Source of the DNA: Candidatus Eiseniibacteriota bacterium
GTDB taxonomy: Bacteria > Eisenbacteria > RBG-16-71-46
Direction: 5' to 3'
Length of the DNA stretch: 64,000 bases
NCBI GenBank assembly: GCA_035691845.1
Contig: DASSIN010000066.1
Coordinates: forward strand, 9,032-73,031
Under the pieces are notes generated by a model, which worked only from the letters and a program-made list of their open reading frames with translations, ran no database searches and was not told where the DNA came from. Both the position numbers and the translations under genes were made by a program. Each line of letters opens with the position of its first letter. Positions within the stretch are counted from its first letter, which is position 1. Below, piece by piece: positions 48,577-58,184 of the stretch.

Positions 48577-49281
48577 TCACGCCGCGACCGTCTCGACGCG
48601 CGCCGGCGCCTCCCGCGCACCGAACACCAGCAGCCAGGTCGCGGCCACCAGCTCTCCCGGCGCGAGCGCCCGCGCGATCGGATCGATGACGGTCGCGAGC
48701 TTCATCGGGAACAGGCTCGTCACCGCCGTCGCCATGTCGCCGGCGGCCGCCAGCAGCAGCAGCACACCCAGGATCTTCGGCAGGAATCCGGAGCGAAGCA
48801 CGAGGATCCCGAACGGCACCAGCCACAGCGACCAGAACACCCACACCACGGCGAAGCCCTGGCCATGGATGCGCAGGAACAGATACGCCAGCGAGTCGAG
48901 CTGGGGCCTCGAGAACGTGGCGAGGAACGGGGGCGCGCCCACGATGACCAGCGCGGCGAGCTCGTTCATCGCGTTCAGGAACATGATCGGCACCGACATG
49001 GCGACCAGGATCGCGAGTTGCACCGCCGCGCTGCGGTTGACGGACTCGAACAGACGATAGAGCGCGAGGCCGAGGTACAGGAACACGACCTGGTGGAACA
49101 GCTCGCTGGCGATGCCGAGCCGCAGCAGCGTCTCCGAGGCCCGGATGTGCGCGGCGGTCGTGGCCGCGTCGCCGTACACGAACAACGCCTTCGGGATGAA
49201 GATCAGCCCCGGCAGCCCGGTGACGACCATCAGTGCGTACAGCAGGCCCGCGAACCGCGCTTGTTGCCTGGTGGAGCGCAT
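48577..49281 (-). CDS. DUF4386-family membrane protein
   Basis: MRSTRQQARFAGLLYALMVVTGLPGLIFIP...; GGGAGGA RBS before ATG 49281; paralog at 57436..58167; six-frame ORF to 49632 is an extension. Confidence 0.7.
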   Translation of the reverse strand: MRSTRQQARFAGLLYALMVVTGLPGLIFIPKALFVYGDAATTAAHIRASETLLRLGIASELFHQVVFLYLGLALYRLFESVNRSAAVQLAILVAMSVPIMFLNAMNELAALVIVGAPPFLATFSRPQLDSLAYLFLRIHGQGFAVVWVFWSLWLVPFGILVLRSGFLPKILGVLLLLAAAGDMATAVTSLFPMKLATVIDPIARALAPGELVAATWLLVFGAREAPARVETVAA

Positions 49282-49626
49282 GCGTCCTCCCATGGTGGAG
49301 TGGGGACCCGTGCCATTGGTTACGGGGCCGGGTGGTTGGGGGTTTCTGGTTCGCCTCCGGGCAGCCCCGGCGGCAGCGTCCGAGGGCCGACGCGTCGGGC
49401 CGTGGACGACGAACACCTTGGGCCCTGCTGGGCCGTCCGCCGCGCCCGTGCCCCCCGGCTCCGGATTGGGAGGGTTTTCATTGCCGGTGAACCGCCCGTC
49501 GGCGACGGTTCGCGTTCCGGCGCGGAGGACTCGCCCGGGCGGGCGCCCATGGTCGTGGCGGCGCCGACCACCCGACCGCGTCCACCCCGAACGCCGCATC
49601 GCGGACAATCGTTCACGGAGGATCGC

Positions 49627-50823
49627 GTGCATCGCGCCGCACGGACCGTCCTGCTGCTATCCGCCATTCACTCCCGCCTGCCCGCGGCGTCCGCGTCCGC
49701 CGTGCACGAGGTGCCATTCGAGATCGCGAGCAACAAGGCGTTCGTGCAGGTGACCGTGAACGGCTCGGCGCCGCAGTGGTTCATCCTCGATTCGGGCTGC
49801 GCCGGCGGCTCGGTGATCGCGCGCGAGTGTGCGGACCGGCTGGGAATCGCGCGCGGCCGCGCGACGGAGCGCCACCTGGGCGCCGGCAGCGGCGTGTCCG
49901 TCGGCGTGTCCACGGCGGCCGACGCGGTGCTCGGGCTCGGTGAGGACACGGTGGGCGTGGCGTCCCCGCGCGTGTTCCCGCTCGCCCACGTCGCCCGCTT
50001 CGAGGGCCGGCGCGTGGATGGGCTCGTGGGCGAGGACTTCCTGCTGCGGCACGTGGTCGAGATCGACTACGCGCATCGGCGGCTGCGGATTCGGGACCCG
50101 CGCGGCTTCACCCCGCCACGTGGAGCGACGGTGGTCCCGATCGCGCTCGAGCACGGGCTCGCGGTCGTGGGGGGCGCGATCGCGCTGCCGGGCGGCGGAT
50201 CGATCCCTTGCCGATTCGTGATCGACACCGGTGTGCGGGCCACGGTGATCCTCTACCGCCCATTCGCCATCGCCCACCATCTGCTCGATGCGCCGGGCGA
50301 CCTCGCCTCCGCTGTGGTGGGCGGCGGCGCCGGCGGCGAGACGATCGGCGACGTCGGGCGGCTGGCATGGCTCGCACTCGGTGAGGCGCGGTTCGAGCGT
50401 CCGACCGCGGTGTACTCGCGCGACACGGTCGGGGTGTTCGCGAGCGAGGATCCGGACGGCATCATCGGCGGCGAGCTGTTGCGGCGCTGCCGCGTGACGT
50501 TCGACTACCCGCACCGGCGGCTGATGCTCGAGCGCCATCGCGGTCCGGGCGCCTTCGAGTACGACATGAGCGGTTTGTTCCTGACCGCCGAGGGCGACCG
50601 CTTCGACACCGTCATGGTGTACGGGGTCACGAGCGGCACGCCGGCCGCGGAGGCGGGCGTCCGTCCCGGCGATGCGATCCTCGCCATCGATGGCGCGCGC
50701 GCGCCGGATCTCACGCTCGAGCGTGCACGCGCCATGCTGCGCACGCCCGGCGCGCATCGCCTCGAGCTCGAGCGTGGGAACGAGCGGCGCGAGATCCGGA
50801 TCGAGGCGCGCCCGCTGGTATAG
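49627..50823 (+). CDS. Secreted retropepsin-like (clan AA) aspartic protease fused to C-terminal PDZ domain
   Basis: GTG start with ACGGAGGA RBS; signal peptide VHRAARTVLLLSAIHSRLPAASASA; two DSG/DTG active-site motifs (ILDSGCAGG, VIDTGVRAT); C-terminal PDZ (GVRPGDAILAIDGA). Confidence 0.7.
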   Translation: MHRAARTVLLLSAIHSRLPAASASAVHEVPFEIASNKAFVQVTVNGSAPQWFILDSGCAGGSVIARECADRLGIARGRATERHLGAGSGVSVGVSTAADAVLGLGEDTVGVASPRVFPLAHVARFEGRRVDGLVGEDFLLRHVVEIDYAHRRLRIRDPRGFTPPRGATVVPIALEHGLAVVGGAIALPGGGSIPCRFVIDTGVRATVILYRPFAIAHHLLDAPGDLASAVVGGGAGGETIGDVGRLAWLALGEARFERPTAVYSRDTVGVFASEDPDGIIGGELLRRCRVTFDYPHRRLMLERHRGPGAFEYDMSGLFLTAEGDRFDTVMVYGVTSGTPAAEAGVRPGDAILAIDGARAPDLTLERARAMLRTPGAHRLELERGNERREIRIEARPLV

Positions 50824-50981
50824 CAGCGGGCGCGGCGGTCACGCGAGCGCGTACAACGCATCGCCGCCCCGCACCTCGCTGTCCTCGAACACGGACGCGT
50901 ACACGCCGGCGGTGTGGCGGGCCTCGCGCACCAGCGTGCGCATCACGCGTGGGTCGCGCGGCACCTCGTCAACGGGCTGGG

Positions 50982-53900
50982 TCACCGCACCCGCACGACG
51001 CGCTGCGTGATCGCCCGCGCCCCGGTCTCGAGCCGCACGAAGTAGACGCCCGCTGCGGCGGCGCGCGGCTCCCACGTGACCGCATGCGGTCCGGCGCGCC
51101 GCAGACCGTCCTCCACCACCGCGACGCGACGGCCGGCGAGATCGTAGACCGCCACGCGCACGCGGGTGTCGTTCGGCAGGGCGTAGTCGATGCGCACCAC
51201 GCCGCGCGCGGGGCTGGGACTGGCGCGCATCGCGAACGCCAGCGGCGCGGTCGTGGGCGGCGCGGCCGCGACCGGCGGCGTCACGAACTGCACGATCCCC
51301 TGCGCGGGGAACCCGCCCACCGACTGGAACCGCCCGCCGGCGAACAGGCTCGTGCCATCGAGCGCGAACGCGAACACCAGGTTGTCGGCGCCCGTGGCGA
51401 ATGCCGTCGCGTGTCCGGGACTGGCGACCGTCACCTCGCCCATGTACGCGTGCGGGGCGCCGTCCAGCGCGGTGAAGCTGCCGCCCACCTCGACGTCGGT
51501 GCCGTTCAGCAGCAGCGCGCTCACCGAGCCCGCCGCATTGGGATTCCAGGTCGACGCGGCGCCGGTGCTGGTGCTCAACGCCGCCAGCCGGTTGCGCGAC
51601 TGTCCGCCGATGGTGGTGAAGTTTCCGCCTGCGTACAGCACGCTGCCGTTCAGCAGCAGCGCGCCGATGCTGCTGTTGGGGGCCGGGTTCCAGGCCAGCA
51701 GCGCGCCGGTCGATGCGCTGACCCCGGCCAGGTCCACCACCGTGGTCGCGCCGACCTTGTTGAACACGCCGCCGAAGTACACGTTGGTGCCGTTGGTCGC
51801 GATCGCGTTGACGTTGCCGTTCACGCCTGGGTTCCAGCTCGCCAGCGCGCCGGTGGTGGTGCTGACGGCCGCGAGATGGCCGCGGGTGGTGCCATCCACG
51901 GTGGTGAACCCGCCGCCCAGGTAGAGCCGCGTGCCGCTGACCGCCAGCGCGCGCACGATGTTGTCGGTGCTGGCCGCGAACGCGGTCTTGGCGCCGGTCG
52001 CGAGATCGAATGCGGCCAGGTTGGCGTGGGCGAGCCCGCCCGCGTTGGCGAACGATCCGCCCGCGAAGACATTGGTGCCATCGGTCGCCAGCGCATTCAC
52101 GCTGCCGTCGGTGCCGGGGTTCCAGGAGGTGACCGTGCCCGAGGCCTCGTCGATCGCCGCTAGGCTCGCGCGCGGCACGCCGCCCGCGCTCGTGAACCCT
52201 CCGCCGGCCCAGATCTCGGCGCCGGTGGTCACCGCGGCCGCGATCACGTTCACGGTGTTGTTGACGTTCGGGTCCCACGCCTGCGCGTTGCCGCTCGCCA
52301 CGTCGAGCGCGGCGAGGTTGTGGCGCGGCTGGCCGCCGATCGCCGTGAACGCTCCGCCGACGTACAGCGTCGCGCCGCGCGACAGCAGGCACGTGGCATT
52401 GCCGGTGGGATTCGGGTTCCAGCTCGTGGCCGCGCCGCTGGCGGCGTCGAGCGCCGCCAGGCTCGCGCGCGCCTGGCCACCGATGTTGGAGAAGTAGCCT
52501 GCGGCGTACACCGTCGAGCCCGCCGGCTCGATCGCGACCACGGCGTTGTCGGCGTTGGGATTCCAGCTCGTGACGGCGCCCGATCCGAGATCGATCACGG
52601 CGATGTGGCCGCGCGCCTGCCCGGCGATCTCCGTGAACCCGCCGCCCGCGTACAGTCTGCCGTTGTCGATCTTCGTCGTGTACACGAAGTCGTTGGCCTC
52701 GGCCGCCCATGGCCGTGCGAAGCCGGTTTGGGTGTCGAGGATCGCGAGCCGGGTGCGCGCGCCGCCGCCCGCGTGCAGGAACTGTCCTCCGGCCACGAGC
52801 CCGCCGCCGCCGAACGCGAGGCTGAACACGGCGTCGTCCGCGCCCGGGTTCCAGTCCAGCGGCTCGCCGGAGGTGGCGTCCAGCGCCGCCAGGTTGCTGC
52901 GCAGCACGCCCGCCACGCTCGTGAACGCGCCGCCGATGAACACGCGCTGGCCCTCGATCGCGATCGCGAACACCTCGCCGTCCGGGCACGGGTTCCACGG
53001 GGCCAGCGACTGGTATGCGTACACGTGCGCGAGATTGCGGCGCGGCACGCCGTTCACGTGCGTGAAGAAGCCCCCCAGGTACCAGCCGCCGTTGCCATCC
53101 GAGGCCATCGCGTCGATCCGGCCGTCCACGCGCGGCAGCCAGTTGGCCTGCCCGGTCACGGGATCGAACGGCACGGCGCTGCCGGTGGCCGGTCCGATCT
53201 GCGAGAACGATCCGCCCAGGTACAGCGTGCCGTTGACCGGCAGCAGCGCGGACACCTGCGAATCGGTAACGTACAGGTCCCTGCGCACGGTCTTCCACTG
53301 GTCGTCGTCCAGGATCGTCCCGGTGCCGCCGGCGCGCGCGAGGAACGCGCCGGACGGATTCGACAGCGTGACGGCGAACGTCTCGTCGCTCTCGCTCTTC
53401 GCGTCGCCGCGCACCGCGACCGAAACGGTGTGCGACAGCTCGCCCGGCGCGAACACGACCGTGCCGCCGGCCGCGACGTAATCGCTGTCGGCCACGGTGG
53501 CAACCCCGTCGGCGGTGTTCCAGTCCACGGTCACGGTGCTGGTGGAGGGCGCGGTCAACGTGACGGTGAACGTGGCGGGGCTCGTGCCCGCATCGCCCTC
53601 GGGCACCGCGCGATCGCCGATCGTGAGCGAAGGCGTCGCGCTGCACGCGCCGAGGTTGGGCGCAGGGTATGGCCCGAGCGTACGGGTCCCCGCGACGTAG
53701 CAGCGTCCCGGCCCCAACACCACCGCCGCACCCCCGCCCGACTGCGGAACCCAGGCCGTGGGCGTTCCGGTGGTCGCGTCGAGCGATGCCAGACCGGAAC
53801 GCGGCTGTCCGCCGACGTTCTGAAAGTTGCCCGCGGCGGTGAGCAGGTTGCCGTCGATCGCCATGCCGTGCACCGCGCCGTCGAATCCGGGATCGAACGC

Positions 53901-55775
53901 GAGCACCGCGCCGGTGGCGTAATTGAGCGCGGCGAAGTAGTTGCGCGATTGCCCGCCGACCGTGCTCATGAAGCCGCCGATGTAGATCCCGTTCGGTCCG
54001 GCGACCATGCACGTGGCCGGAAACGTCGACGTCTGCGTGAACGTCGTGGCATTGCCGGTGGAGGTGTCGTATGCGGCGAAGGCTCCGTTCTGGGTCAACG
54101 TGCCCTGGATGGACTCCGAGACGTAGAGCCAGCCGCCAAGCACCATGCTGGTGACCGGGCCCTGTGGAATCGGCGGCGACCACGTGCTCACCGTGGCCGA
54201 AAACGCGTCCACGCGCGCGATCCCATCGTGGAATTGATTCCCCACGCCGCTGAAGGCGCCGCCCACGTACAGCCATCCTCCCGCGCACAACAACGCGTAC
54301 ACCGGGGCGTCCGTGTCGGCGCTCCACGCGGCCACCGCGCCGGTGGCCGCGTCCACGGCGGCGAGATTGGCACGCGCCTGGACGCCCACCTGCGTGAACG
54401 TGCCGCCCAGGAACACGCGCGTGCCCTGCACCGCGATCGCGGTCACGTTCGTGCCGGGGACGCCGCCGGTGACGTTCGGATCGAACGCCGTTGCCGCGCC
54501 GGTGGCCAGATCGAACGCCGCGGCGTTGTTGCGCGATACCACGTTCACGCTCGTGAATTGGCCGCCCACGAACATCGCGCCGCCGCTCACCGCGATCGTC
54601 TTGGCGAACAGCATCGGGTTCGGGTTCCACGCCGCGGCGAGTCCGGTCGAGCCGTCCACGGCGGCCATCATGCTGCGATACTGGCCGCCGATGATGCTGA
54701 ACGGACCCGAGACGTAGACCGTGGACCCGCTGGCCGTCACCAGATTGGGCTTCCCATCGGGGTTCGGATTCCAGCCCATCGCCGTGCCGAGCACGGGGTC
54801 GAGCGCGGCGAGTCCGTTGCGCGGGGCGGAAGCGATCGTGGCGAAGTCGCCCGCGACGTACAGCGCGCCGTTGGCCAGCGCCATCGAATACACGGCCGCG
54901 TTCGGCGCCGGCACCCACGGCAGGGGCGCCCCCGTTCCGGCATCGAACGACGTCAGGAACGAGCGCGTCGGCATCGTGGTCGTGCTGTAGTTGCCGGCGA
55001 GGAACACGCTCGAGCCCGACACGAGGATCGAAAAGATGCCGGGCGAGATCGGCGGGGCCCAGGCGGCCACCGTGCCGGAGGCGGCGTCGATGCGGGCGAC
55101 CCCGGGGTGCGTCGCGCCTCCCACCGTGTTGAAGTAGCCTCCGACGTAGATGTTGGTCCCCGCCACCACGCAGCAGTTGACCGTGTTGTCGAGCCCGGGA
55201 TTCCAGGCCGTCGCCGCGCCGGTGCTCGCGTCCACCGCCCCCAGGAAATGCCGCGCGGCGCCGCCGAGCGAGTCGAACTGCCCTCCCACGAACAGCGAAG
55301 CGCCGGCGAGCGCCAGCGTCTGGACCACGCCGTCGGAACCCGGGTCCCACGGAGCGACCGCGCCGGAGCCGAGCACGTGCGCGAGATTGCGGTGCGCGAC
55401 TCCGCCCACGTGGCCGAATTGCCCGCCCACGAACCAGCCTCCCGCGCCGTCCGGAACCACGGCGTTGACGATGCCATCGATGCGCAGCCGCGGGCCGGTC
55501 AGCAGGCCCGTCGCGGGGTCTAGCAAGACTCCGCCTCCGGTGTTGGGACCCACGTGCGTGAACGCGCCCCCGACGTAGAGGGTGTTCGCGTCGCGCGCGA
55601 TCGTCGACACGAACCCGTCGGTGACCCACAACGTGGTGTCCACGATCGCCTGGGCCCGGGCCCGCATCGGCAGGGCGAGACCGGTGATCGCGAGCAGGAC
55701 GGTGGCGAGGATTTCCGCGCGCCGGCGGGCCCGGGGCGCATGGACAAAGCGGTCGGGGGTCATGTGCGGCCTCAC
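50982..55775 (-). CDS. Giant secreted delta-60/kelch-like tandem-repeat protein (~1597 aa) with central Calx-beta-like domain and T9SS-type C-terminal sorting domain
   Basis: Signal peptide ILATVLLAITGLALPMRARAQA; >25 repeats of G.F..VGG..R..LAA.D..TG....W.P..; Calx-beta-like segment TFTVTLTAPSTSTVTVDW..DYVAAGGTVVFAPGE; C-terminal RASPSPARGVVRIDYALP..VAVYDLAGRRVAV...AGVYFVRLETGARAITQRVVRVR. Overlapping ORF 50839..55824 is an Arg-rich alternative frame. Confidence 0.85.
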   Translation of the reverse strand: MRPHMTPDRFVHAPRARRRAEILATVLLAITGLALPMRARAQAIVDTTLWVTDGFVSTIARDANTLYVGGAFTHVGPNTGGGVLLDPATGLLTGPRLRIDGIVNAVVPDGAGGWFVGGQFGHVGGVAHRNLAHVLGSGAVAPWDPGSDGVVQTLALAGASLFVGGQFDSLGGAARHFLGAVDASTGAATAWNPGLDNTVNCCVVAGTNIYVGGYFNTVGGATHPGVARIDAASGTVAAWAPPISPGIFSILVSGSSVFLAGNYSTTTMPTRSFLTSFDAGTGAPLPWVPAPNAAVYSMALANGALYVAGDFATIASAPRNGLAALDPVLGTAMGWNPNPDGKPNLVTASGSTVYVSGPFSIIGGQYRSMMAAVDGSTGLAAAWNPNPMLFAKTIAVSGGAMFVGGQFTSVNVVSRNNAAAFDLATGAATAFDPNVTGGVPGTNVTAIAVQGTRVFLGGTFTQVGVQARANLAAVDAATGAVAAWSADTDAPVYALLCAGGWLYVGGAFSGVGNQFHDGIARVDAFSATVSTWSPPIPQGPVTSMVLGGWLYVSESIQGTLTQNGAFAAYDTSTGNATTFTQTSTFPATCMVAGPNGIYIGGFMSTVGGQSRNYFAALNYATGAVLAFDPGFDGAVHGMAIDGNLLTAAGNFQNVGGQPRSGLASLDATTGTPTAWVPQSGGGAAVVLGPGRCYVAGTRTLGPYPAPNLGACSATPSLTIGDRAVPEGDAGTSPATFTVTLTAPSTSTVTVDWNTADGVATVADSDYVAAGGTVVFAPGELSHTVSVAVRGDAKSESDETFAVTLSNPSGAFLARAGGTGTILDDDQWKTVRRDLYVTDSQVSALLPVNGTLYLGGSFSQIGPATGSAVPFDPVTGQANWLPRVDGRIDAMASDGNGGWYLGGFFTHVNGVPRRNLAHVYAYQSLAPWNPCPDGEVFAIAIEGQRVFIGGAFTSVAGVLRSNLAALDATSGEPLDWNPGADDAVFSLAFGGGGLVAGGQFLHAGGGARTRLAILDTQTGFARPWAAEANDFVYTTKIDNGRLYAGGGFTEIAGQARGHIAVIDLGSGAVTSWNPNADNAVVAIEPAGSTVYAAGYFSNIGGQARASLAALDAASGAATSWNPNPTGNATCLLSRGATLYVGGAFTAIGGQPRHNLAALDVASGNAQAWDPNVNNTVNVIAAAVTTGAEIWAGGGFTSAGGVPRASLAAIDEASGTVTSWNPGTDGSVNALATDGTNVFAGGSFANAGGLAHANLAAFDLATGAKTAFAASTDNIVRALAVSGTRLYLGGGFTTVDGTTRGHLAAVSTTTGALASWNPGVNGNVNAIATNGTNVYFGGVFNKVGATTVVDLAGVSASTGALLAWNPAPNSSIGALLLNGSVLYAGGNFTTIGGQSRNRLAALSTSTGAASTWNPNAAGSVSALLLNGTDVEVGGSFTALDGAPHAYMGEVTVASPGHATAFATGADNLVFAFALDGTSLFAGGRFQSVGGFPAQGIVQFVTPPVAAAPPTTAPLAFAMRASPSPARGVVRIDYALPNDTRVRVAVYDLAGRRVAVVEDGLRRAGPHAVTWEPRAAAAGVYFVRLETGARAITQRVVRVR

Positions 55776-55860
55776 GGGGGACGCGTGCCGGGGGGTGCGG
55801 AGGGGCCGGCATCAAGGCTAGCACCGCCTGGGCGCGATCGGCGCGGGAATTTTTGCGGTG

Positions 55861-56772
55861 CTACCGGCGATGCGGCCCCGCGGAGTGCCCGGCCAGCGTC
55901 GCATAGGCAGCGTCCATGGGCGCGTCGCCGTTCGGCCAGTCGTGCTCCTTGCCCGGCGTGTCGGGCCGCGGGTGCGACAGCACGAATGCGGCGACGTCGT
56001 AAGCCTGCTGATCGGTCAACGTGCCGGGCCGGTCGCGCGGCATGTTCCAGCGGATGAACGCCGCGGCGGTGCGGACCCGCGACATGCCGGCGCCGATTGC
56101 GAACGACCCCGGCCCCCATAGGGGCGGGATCCCGACGCCGCCTTGCCCGGCGGTCCCATGGCAGCGCACGCAGTTCTGCGCGAACACCCGCGCCCCCGCA
56201 CCGGCATCGCCCGTGCGCGGCGCCAGCGTGCGGTAGCCGAGCCACGGCGCGCGCCGGCCCTGTGGCATGCCGCTCGACAGGAACGCCATGTACGAGACGA
56301 TGTCGATCATGTCCCGGCCGTTGGGATCGAGCGGGACGCCGTTCAGGCTGCGGCGCATGCACTCGTTCACGCGATCCTCGATCGTGATCACCCGCCCGGC
56401 GCGCGCGTTGTACTGCGGGAAGGTGGCGAACGTGCCCACCCACGCGCTGGACCCGGCCCGCGTGCCGGCGTCGAGGTGGCAGTTCGTGCAGGCGAGCCGG
56501 CTCGAGACGTGGGCGGGGAGCGAGTCGCGCGTGGCGAGCACGAGCGCGCGGCCGCGGCGAATCGAGGCGCCGAGCGCCCCGCCCGGGATGCGCGCGCTGT
56601 CGGGCACGGCGAACCCGCGCGGGGCGGCGACCGAATCGGGGAGCAGCGCCAGGCTCGGGTCCGCGGGCGGGGCATGCCGTCCGCATCCGGCCGCGCACAG
56701 CAGCGATGCGATCGGCAGGGCGAGCAGCGCCACGGCCGTCAGCGACGCGAACCGCGGGAATGAGATGGCCAT
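55861..56772 (-). CDS. Diheme c-type cytochrome, TsdA/thiosulfate-dehydrogenase-like (lipoprotein-type signal)
   Basis: Signal peptide MAISFPRFASLTAVALLALPIASLLCAAGC; two CxxCH (CTNCH, CVRCH) about 100 aa apart, ~300 aa total. Confidence 0.6.
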   Translation of the reverse strand: MAISFPRFASLTAVALLALPIASLLCAAGCGRHAPPADPSLALLPDSVAAPRGFAVPDSARIPGGALGASIRRGRALVLATRDSLPAHVSSRLACTNCHLDAGTRAGSSAWVGTFATFPQYNARAGRVITIEDRVNECMRRSLNGVPLDPNGRDMIDIVSYMAFLSSGMPQGRRAPWLGYRTLAPRTGDAGAGARVFAQNCVRCHGTAGQGGVGIPPLWGPGSFAIGAGMSRVRTAAAFIRWNMPRDRPGTLTDQQAYDVAAFVLSHPRPDTPGKEHDWPNGDAPMDAAYATLAGHSAGPHRR

Positions 56773-56853
56773 CCGAGGAAAACGAGGGAGTCGGGACCGG
56801 GCTGGAATTCGAACCGCGGCGCGGCGTTCGGCCGCGCCGCGGTCGAACACGGG

Positions 56854-57285
56854 CTACGGGCGCAGCGTCTCCCAGCCCTCCGAGTACTTGGTGGTGATGT
56901 ACCACATCGCGCCCTTGACCGGCGTCACGGTGGGCAGCAGTTCGGATTCCTTGACGCCGAGCAGGTCCATCGCGTGGTGGCAGACGTGGAACACCACGCC
57001 GCGTTTGGTCAGGCTCGCGATGTCGTCCGCGAACTTGGTCGTGGGCCGGGTGGTGACGGCGAACGTGGCCGGCCCGTAGGTGATGACCTCGAGCTGCACG
57101 TTGTCCTGGCCGACGTCGTCGAGCAGGTTGGTCAGGTGCTTGGTCATCACCCACTGTCCCATCGAGTCGCCCTCGGTCCACTGAAACAGGATGTGCTTCT
57201 TCTTCGGCACGGCGCTGTGGGCGGACGGGATGGAGACGGACGCGGAGAACAGCAGCACGGCGGACAGCAGCAACAGGCGACGCAT
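56854..57285 (-). CDS. Secreted DsrE/DsrF-like (sulfur-relay fold) protein
   Basis: Signal peptide MRRLLLLSAVLLFSASVSIPSAHSA; KKHILFQWTEGDS..., GVVFHVCHHAMDLLGV Cys-containing motif reminiscent of DsrE/TusD family; ATG 57285. Confidence 0.45.
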   Translation of the reverse strand: MRRLLLLSAVLLFSASVSIPSAHSAVPKKKHILFQWTEGDSMGQWVMTKHLTNLLDDVGQDNVQLEVITYGPATFAVTTRPTTKFADDIASLTKRGVVFHVCHHAMDLLGVKESELLPTVTPVKGAMWYITTKYSEGWETLRP

Positions 57286-57435
57286 GTTGGTGGGACCTCC
57301 AGGGGGAAAAGGCCGGCGCATCTGCGCGGACCCGCGCAGTCGACGCGGCATCCTAGTGCGCCCGGCCGGCCGGAACAACGGCGATCTGCGGATCCGCGTA
57401 GGATCGAGCATCGCATGAAGATGTGACCGCACGGG

Positions 57436-58167
57436 TCACACGGCGCCGCGCGCCGCCCGCGCCTCCCACCCGTGCGCGTCCACGCCCCTGACGATCAGCC
57501 ACAGGCACAGGGACGACTCGCCCACGAGCGCGGGCAGCAGGATGTAGGGATATAGCCGGTTGGCGAGCGGCGGCGACAGCAGCAGGGCGAAGCTGTCCGT
57601 GAGATAGCAGGCGCCGGCGAGCTGCATCAGCACGCCGATCGCCTTCGGCAGGAAGCCGGAGCTGAAGATCAGGCGCCCGACGATCAGGCAGAAGCAGCCG
57701 AAGAAGATCAGCGCGACGCCGAACCCGTAATCGTGCGAGCGGATCGCCAGCATGGTCATGACGTCGAGCTGCGGCGACGGGAACGCCTGCAGGTACCCGG
57801 CCCGGCCCAGCGGGAACAGCGCCTCGACCAGCGGCATCGTGGTGGCCGCCTCGACCGCGATCGAGACCACGTTGAACACCACCGCGAGCAGCGCCAGATC
57901 GCGGCTCACGGGCCGCAGCAGCACGTACAGGATCATCAGCAGCACGATGGCGCAGATCAGCAGCACGAACTCGGAGGCGAGCCCCACCCGCCACAGCGGC
58001 TCCATCGCCCGGATCCGGGCCGCGGTCCCGGCCGGATCGCCGGGGACCACGAGCCTGCCGCGCACGACCGCCTCGCCGAACAGCCCGAGCACGATGATGA
58101 CGAGGTACAGCACGCCGCCGATGCGGGCGAGCGTGCGCGGGGACGTGCGGGCCGGGTGGGTTTGCAG
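57436..58167 (-). CDS. DUF4386-family membrane protein paralog, start codon uncertain (possible CTG start or 5' decay)
   Basis: Aligns over full length with 48577..49281 (…LARIGGVLYLVIIVLGLFGEAVV… vs …FAGLLYALMVVTGLPGLIFIP…), but the first in-frame ATG (58005) would remove the first TM helix; upstream in-frame region has only CTG/ATC. Confidence 0.5.
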   Translation of the reverse strand: MQTHPARTSPRTLARIGGVLYLVIIVLGLFGEAVVRGRLVVPGDPAGTAARIRAMEPLWRVGLASEFVLLICAIVLLMILYVLLRPVSRDLALLAVVFNVVSIAVEAATTMPLVEALFPLGRAGYLQAFPSPQLDVMTMLAIRSHDYGFGVALIFFGCFCLIVGRLIFSSGFLPKAIGVLMQLAGACYLTDSFALLLSPPLANRLYPYILLPALVGESSLCLWLIVRGVDAHGWEARAARGAV

Positions 58168-58184
58168 ATCTCCTCCACGCGCGA

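Noticed and set aside
50839-55824. 1661-aa ORF in an alternative frame to 50982..55775
   Set aside because: Extremely Arg/Gly-rich and lacks signal peptide, repeats and CTD; the 1597-aa frame has all three
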